Part shown: positions 59,132 through 64,000 of the stretch, one piece after another
Layout of the letters: each line of letters starts with the position of its first letter
How positions within the stretch are numbered: the first letter of the stretch is position 1
DNA from: an uncultured beta proteobacterium
GTDB lineage: Bacteria; Pseudomonadota; Gammaproteobacteria; Burkholderiales; Burkholderiaceae_F
Assembly: GCA_963775635.1 (NCBI GenBank)
Contig: CAVZJO010000002.1
Location: 72,339 to 136,338 of the forward strand
DNA: 64,000 nucleotides
Reading direction: 5' to 3'
Translations under genes and position numbers: made by a program
Notes under the pieces: model-generated
What the model was told of the DNA's origin: nothing
Database searches by the model: none
What the model saw: only the letters and a program-made list of their open reading frames with translations

Positions 59132-60292
59132 ATGTCGAACACGAGCGAAACGCATCAGGACATCCGAGACGCGGTGCGTGACCTTTGCGCACAGTTCCCG
59201 CCGGAGTACCACCGCAAGGTCGACGAGGCGCGCGGCTACCCCGACGAGTTCGTCGCCGCACTGACCAAGGCCGGCTGGCTTGCGGCGCTGATTCCCCAGG
59301 AGTACGGCGGCTCCGGCCTCGGACTGACCGAGGCGTCGATCATCATGGAGGAGATCAACCGCAGCGGTGGTAACTCCGGCGCGTGTCACGGCCAGATGTA
59401 CAACATGGGCACGCTGCTGCGCCATGGCTCCGCCGAGCAGAAGCGACGCTACCTTCCCAAAATCGCGAGCGGCGAACTGCGCCTGCAGTCGATGGGGGTC
59501 ACCGAACCAACCACCGGCACCGACACGACGAAGATCCGGACCACCGCCGTGAAGGACGGCGAGCGTTACGTCGTCAACGGCCAGAAGGTCTGGATCTCGC
59601 GGGTGCTGCACTCGGACCTGATGATTCTGCTCGCACGCACCACGCCGGTCGACAAGGTGAAGCGGAAATCCGAGGGCATGTCGATCTTCATCGTCGACAT
59701 CCAGGACGCGATGGCGCACGGCATGCAGGTGCGCCCGATCGTCAACATGGTCAACCACGAGACCAACGAACTCTTCTTCAACAACCTCGAGATCCCCGCC
59801 GAAAACCTGATCGGGCAGGAGGGCCAGGGGTTCAAGTACATCCTCGATGGCCTCAACGCCGAGCGCACACTGATCGCCGCCGAATGCATCGGCGACGGCT
59901 ACTGGTTCATCGACAAGGTCGCCGCGTACGCGAAGGAGCGGGTTGTGTTCGGACGGCCGATCGGGCAGAACCAGGGCGTCGCGTTCCCGATCGCGCGCGC
60001 CTATGTCAACGTCGAGGCCGCCAACCTGATGCGCTTCAGGGCGTGCGCGCTGTTCGACGCGCACAAGCCGTGCGGCGCAGAGGCGAACATGGCAAAGCTC
60101 CTCGCCGCCGACGCATCGTGGGAGGCCGCCAACGCGTGCCTGCAGTTCCACGGCGGCTTCGGCTTCGCGGCCGAATACGACGTCGAGCGCAAGTTCCGCG
60201 AAACGCGGCTCTACCAGGTGGCGCCAATCTCGACGAATCTGATCCTGTCGTACGTGGCGGAGCATGTGCTCCGGCTTCCGCGGAGTTTCTAA
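59132..60292 (+). CDS. acyl-CoA dehydrogenase
   Basis: Start is MSNTSETHQDIRDAV. 386 aa with ACAD motifs (GVTEPTTGTDT, QKVWISR, HGGFGFAAEYDVERKFRE). Confidence 0.85.
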   Translation: MSNTSETHQDIRDAVRDLCAQFPPEYHRKVDEARGYPDEFVAALTKAGWLAALIPQEYGGSGLGLTEASIIMEEINRSGGNSGACHGQMYNMGTLLRHGSAEQKRRYLPKIASGELRLQSMGVTEPTTGTDTTKIRTTAVKDGERYVVNGQKVWISRVLHSDLMILLARTTPVDKVKRKSEGMSIFIVDIQDAMAHGMQVRPIVNMVNHETNELFFNNLEIPAENLIGQEGQGFKYILDGLNAERTLIAAECIGDGYWFIDKVAAYAKERVVFGRPIGQNQGVAFPIARAYVNVEAANLMRFRACALFDAHKPCGAEANMAKLLAADASWEAANACLQFHGGFGFAAEYDVERKFRETRLYQVAPISTNLILSYVAEHVLRLPRSF

Positions 60293-60298
60293 GTACTC

Positions 60299-61477
60299 AT
60301 GCTGCCGCTTTCCGGCACCCTCGTCGTCACTCTCGAGCACGCAATTGCGGCGCCGTTTTGCACGCGTCAGCTTGCCGATCTCGGCGCGCGCGTGATCAAG
60401 GTCGAGCGGCCGGGTACGGGCGACTTCGCGCGCGGGTACGACGAGCGCGTGCACGGGCTGGCGTCGCACTTTGTGTGGACCAACCGCAGCAAGGAAAGCC
60501 TGACGCTCGACGTCAAGCATCCGGAAGCGGCGGCGATCCTCGCTGCGCTCACGTCGCGCGCCGACGTGCTGGTGCAGAACTTGGCGCCCGGCGCTGCGGC
60601 GCGGCTCGGCCTGTCGCACGAGGCGCTGTCGGCGCGCAACGCGCGCCTGATCGTCTGCGACATCTCCGGCTACGGCGCCGACGGACCGTACCGCGACAAG
60701 AAAGCCTACGACCTGCTGATCCAGAGCGAGTCAGGCTTTCTCGCGGTCACCGGAACGGCGGACGAGCCGGCCAAGGCCGGGTGCTCGATCGCCGACATTG
60801 CCGCGGGCATGTATGCGTATACGAACATCCTCGCCGCGCTGATCGAGCGCGCGACAACCGGCCGCGGCAAGGCGATCGACGTGTCGATGCTGGAGAGCAT
60901 GGTCGAGTGGATGGCTTTTCCGCTCTACTACGCATACGAAGGGCAGGCGCCGCCGCGGCGCACGGGCGCCGCGCACGCGACGATCTACCCATACGGACCC
61001 TTTCCGGCGGGCGACGGCAAGACAGTGATGCTCGGGCTGCAGAACGAGCGCGAATGGGTTGTCTTCTGCGAGCGGGTGCTCGGGCGGCCCGAGCTCGCCG
61101 CAGACGAGCGCTTCTCGTCCAACTCGTTCCGCACCGCGCACCGGCAGGAGCTGCGCGAGATCATCGTCGCCGCATTCGCGCCATACACCGCGGCGCAGGT
61201 GATCGCGCGTCTCGGCGAGGCGAGTATCGCGAACGCGCGCATGAACGACATGGGCGAGGTGTGGGAACACCCGCAGCTCGCGGCGCGCCGACGCTGGTCG
61301 CAGGTCGACACATCGGCGGGCCCGATCCGCGCGCCGATCCCGCCTGGGCTGCCGGCCGAGCCGCCACCGCGCATGGATCCGGTCCCCGTGCTCGGCCAGC
61401 ACACCGAGGCAATTTTGCGCGAGCTGGGCTACGACGAAGCACAGATCGGGCGGCTGCGCCAGGACAAGGCCATCTAG
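60299..61477 (+). CDS. family III (CaiB/BaiF) CoA-transferase
   Basis: 392 aa. LSGTLVVTLEHAIAAPFCTRQLADLGARVIKVE, AYDLLIQSESG and a GQHTEAILRELGY tail. Confidence 0.85.
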   Translation: MLPLSGTLVVTLEHAIAAPFCTRQLADLGARVIKVERPGTGDFARGYDERVHGLASHFVWTNRSKESLTLDVKHPEAAAILAALTSRADVLVQNLAPGAAARLGLSHEALSARNARLIVCDISGYGADGPYRDKKAYDLLIQSESGFLAVTGTADEPAKAGCSIADIAAGMYAYTNILAALIERATTGRGKAIDVSMLESMVEWMAFPLYYAYEGQAPPRRTGAAHATIYPYGPFPAGDGKTVMLGLQNEREWVVFCERVLGRPELAADERFSSNSFRTAHRQELREIIVAAFAPYTAAQVIARLGEASIANARMNDMGEVWEHPQLAARRRWSQVDTSAGPIRAPIPPGLPAEPPPRMDPVPVLGQHTEAILRELGYDEAQIGRLRQDKAI

Positions 61478-61487
61478 GGAAAAATCG

Positions 61488-62897
61488 ATGACGACCAACA
61501 CGACATCTCCCACCGCTGCGCTTGCGCGATTCGCGAGCGTGCTTCGCTTTGACGACATCCCGCCCGCGGTCGTCGATCGCGCTTGCGACCTGATGCTCGA
61601 CTGGGCGGCCTCGGCGCTCGCCGGAAAAGGGGCCCGCGCCGTCGAAACGATCGAGCGGTTCGCGACCGCGATGGGACCCGCGTCGGGCGGCAGCGAAGTG
61701 CTGATCTCTCGCCGTCGCACGTCGCCGCTTTTCGCCGCGATGGTCAACGGGGCGGCGTCGCACTTCGCGGAACAGGACGACGTCCACAACGGCTCGGTGT
61801 TCCATCCGGCGTCGGTGGTGTTCCCGCCGGCGCTCGCAGTCGCGCAGGCGCTCGGCTGCCCGGGCCGCAATCTCCTGACGGCCGCGGTCGCGGGCTACGA
61901 GGTCGGCATCCGCGTTGGCGAGTTCCTCGGTCGCTCGCACTACAAGGTGTTCCACACGACCGGCACCGCGGGCACGGTGGCCGCCGCGGCGGCCACCGGC
62001 CGGTTGCTCGGGCTCTCGCCTTCGCAGATGCAGCACGCGTTCGGATCGGCTGGGACGCAGGCGGCCGGGCTGTGGGAGTTCCTGCGCGATGCGGCCGATT
62101 CGAAGCAGCTGCACACGGCGAAGGCATCGGCCGATGGCCTGCTGGCCGCGTACCTCGCGAAGGACAGCTTCACGGGCGCATCGAGGATCCTGGAAGGCGC
62201 GCAGGGGATGGCAGCCGGCATGTCGAGCGACGCCGATCCCGCAAAGCTGACCGACCGGCTCGGCGAGCGCTGGGCGCTCGCGGAGACGTCGTTCAAGTAC
62301 CACTCGTCGTGCCGGCATACGCATCCTGCGGCGGATGCACTGCTTGTGCTGATCGAAAAGCACGGGCTCACGCCGGATGACATCGCGCAGGTCACCGCGC
62401 ACGTTCATCAAGCGGCGATCGATGTGCTGGGTCCGGTGGTTTCGCCATCGTCCGTGCACCAGGCGAAGTTCTCGATGGGCACCGTGCTCGGGCTGATCGC
62501 GACGTACCGCAAGGCGGGGCTCGCCGAGTTTCAGCAGCACTTCGCCGACCGGGCGATCGACGAATTCCGCAGGAAGGTGACGATGGCACTCGATGCAGAG
62601 ATCGATCACGCGTACCCGCGCCGCTGGATCGGCAAGGTCACGGTGCGCACTGTCGACGGCCGCCAGTTGTCGGCGCGCGTCGACGAGCCCAAAGGCGACC
62701 CCGGCAACACGCTGACGCGCTCAGAGATCGTCGACAAAGCGGTGCGGCTCGCGCAGTTCACCGGCGCGGCGACCGCGGACGAGACGCGTGGAATCGCGCG
62801 TGCGATTTACGCGCTGCCATCCGCACCCCGCGTAGCAGTGCTGCTAGTGGGCGAGCACGCAGTCGAGCGCGGACAGCACCTGCCGATCGAAGTGTGA
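61488..62897 (+). CDS. MmgE/PrpD family protein
   Basis: 469 aa. The N-terminal ...FASVLRFDDIPPAVVDRACDLMLDW... and FHPASVVFPAALAVAQ are typical of the family. Confidence 0.8.
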   Translation: MTTNTTSPTAALARFASVLRFDDIPPAVVDRACDLMLDWAASALAGKGARAVETIERFATAMGPASGGSEVLISRRRTSPLFAAMVNGAASHFAEQDDVHNGSVFHPASVVFPPALAVAQALGCPGRNLLTAAVAGYEVGIRVGEFLGRSHYKVFHTTGTAGTVAAAAATGRLLGLSPSQMQHAFGSAGTQAAGLWEFLRDAADSKQLHTAKASADGLLAAYLAKDSFTGASRILEGAQGMAAGMSSDADPAKLTDRLGERWALAETSFKYHSSCRHTHPAADALLVLIEKHGLTPDDIAQVTAHVHQAAIDVLGPVVSPSSVHQAKFSMGTVLGLIATYRKAGLAEFQQHFADRAIDEFRRKVTMALDAEIDHAYPRRWIGKVTVRTVDGRQLSARVDEPKGDPGNTLTRSEIVDKAVRLAQFTGAATADETRGIARAIYALPSAPRVAVLLVGEHAVERGQHLPIEV

Positions 62898-63541
62898 TGG
62901 CCACAAGCCCAACCTCCGCCGGTCCGGCCACCGACTTCGACGCGCGCGCGGCGACGTGGGACGACGACCCGTCGAAGGTCGAGCGCGCCAAAGCGGTGGC
63001 CGAGGCAATCGCGCGCGAGATTCCGCTGTCACCGTCGATGCGTGCACTCGAGTACGGCGCGGGTACCGGCCTGCTTTCGTTCCTGCTACGCGACAAGCTG
63101 GGCGAGATCACGTTGGCGGACGTCTCGGATGGAATGCTCGACGTCGCGCGCAGAAAGATCGCCGCCGCCGGCGATCCACGCATGCGCGCGGTCCGGCTCG
63201 ATCTGTCCGCGGGCGATGCCGTCCCCGGCGCGTTCGACATCGTCTACTCGCTGATGACACTGCATCACATCCCGGACACCGACGGCATCCTGCGCCGCTT
63301 CCACCGTGTGCTCGCGCACCAGGGCGTGCTTTGTGTCGCCGATCTCGACACCGAGGACGGCTCGTTTCACGGCGCGGGCTTCGACGGCCACAGGGGTTTC
63401 GACCGTGTAACGCTGCGCGCGAAGTCGCTCGCCGCGGGCTTTGCCGACGCCCGCTTCACGACTGCTTGCGAAATGCACAAGGAAGCCGGAGGCCTGATGC
63501 GCTCGTTCTCGATCTTCCTGATGGTCGCGGTGAAGGCATGA
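62897..63541 (+). CDS. class I SAM-dependent methyltransferase
   Basis: Motif I is ALEYGAGTGLLS and a post-I acidic residue is present (LADVS). About 214 aa. The start (ATG 62897 or GTG 62894) overlaps the PrpD-family stop, and its stop overlaps the next gene start as ATGA. Confidence 0.75.
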   Translation: MATSPTSAGPATDFDARAATWDDDPSKVERAKAVAEAIAREIPLSPSMRALEYGAGTGLLSFLLRDKLGEITLADVSDGMLDVARRKIAAAGDPRMRAVRLDLSAGDAVPGAFDIVYSLMTLHHIPDTDGILRRFHRVLAHQGVLCVADLDTEDGSFHGAGFDGHRGFDRVTLRAKSLAAGFADARFTTACEMHKEAGGLMRSFSIFLMVAVKA

Positions 63542-64000
63542 CCGGTACAGGGTGCTCAGCGGAACTTATCGCGCGTTCTTACCTGTTCGTGCCAGGCACG
63601 CGTCCCGAGCGCTTCGCGAAGGCGGTCGCGTCCGGCGCGCACGCGGTGGTCGTCGATCTCGAGGACGCAGTCGCGCCGGCGGACAAGGATCGCGCACGGG
63701 AGATCGTCGCCGGCGCGCTCGACGCGGCCCGGCCCCTGTGCGTGCGCATCAACGGCGCCGGCACGCCGTGGTTCGACGCCGACCTCGCGCTGTGTGCACA
63801 TCCCGGGGTCGCGGCCGTCATGCTGCCAAAGACGGAGGACGCGGCGCGGTTGCGGCTGTCCATGCCGCCGCACATGGCAGCGCGAGCGTAATGCCGCTGA
63901 TCGAATCAGCAGCGGGGCTGTGGAACGCGCGCGCGATCGCCGAGACACCTGGGGTGCTGCGCCTCGCGTTCGGCTCGATCGACTTTCAGGTCGACCTGGG
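63538..64000 (+). pseudogene. HpcH/HpaI aldolase / citrate-lyase beta (CitE, citramalyl/malyl-CoA lyase-like); frame-disrupted (-1 nt near 63840-63852) and 3'-truncated by the window
   Basis: RSYLFVPGTRPERFAKAVASGAHAVVVDLEDAV...VMLPKTEDAA (frame A, which stops at 63891) continues in frame -1 as ...AVAAVHAAAHGSASVMPLIESAAGLWNARAIAETPGVLRLAFGSIDFQVDL. Confidence 0.65.

Overview
GC-rich, gene-dense chromosomal segment with betaproteobacterial (Burkholderiales-like) gene content and order. I count about 60 protein genes and see no rRNA, tRNA or CRISPR array. Most of the window is housekeeping: dapE, dapD, dapC and queF; smc-zipA-ligA; mtnP-def; glnD; map; the conserved rpsB-tsf-pyrH-frr-uppS-cdsA-dxr-rseP-bamA-skp-lpxD-fabZ-lpxA-lpxB-rnhB supercluster; ppsR/ppsA; nfeD-SPFH; smpB/ratA-rnfH; guaB-guaA. 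Four things are not core. (1) A tightly packed minus-strand five-gene operon (45486-52551) encodes a small 2-TM protein, an SLC5-transporter/STAC/histidine-kinase fusion, a lone receiver domain, a membrane HAMP-PAS-degenerate-kinase protein fused to a DnaQ-type DEDDh exonuclease, and a CBS-DUF294 nucleotidyltransferase. This is the best candidate for a poorly understood system. (2) An itaconate/C5-dicarboxylate-type CoA catabolic cluster (58246 to the window end) carries an embedded SAM methyltransferase. (3) A run of histidine phosphatase, APH-like kinase and a zinc-finger-less ClpX paralog lies at 1808-4596. (4) Two long imperfect palindromic intergenic elements lie at about 10165-10660 and 20078-20230. 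Nine single-nucleotide frame disruptions hit eight genes, including genes usually essential (lpxD, zipA, dapD), so sequence-quality artefacts are more likely than real pseudogenes. All family calls are by-eye motif recognition on the supplied translations. No database search was run.
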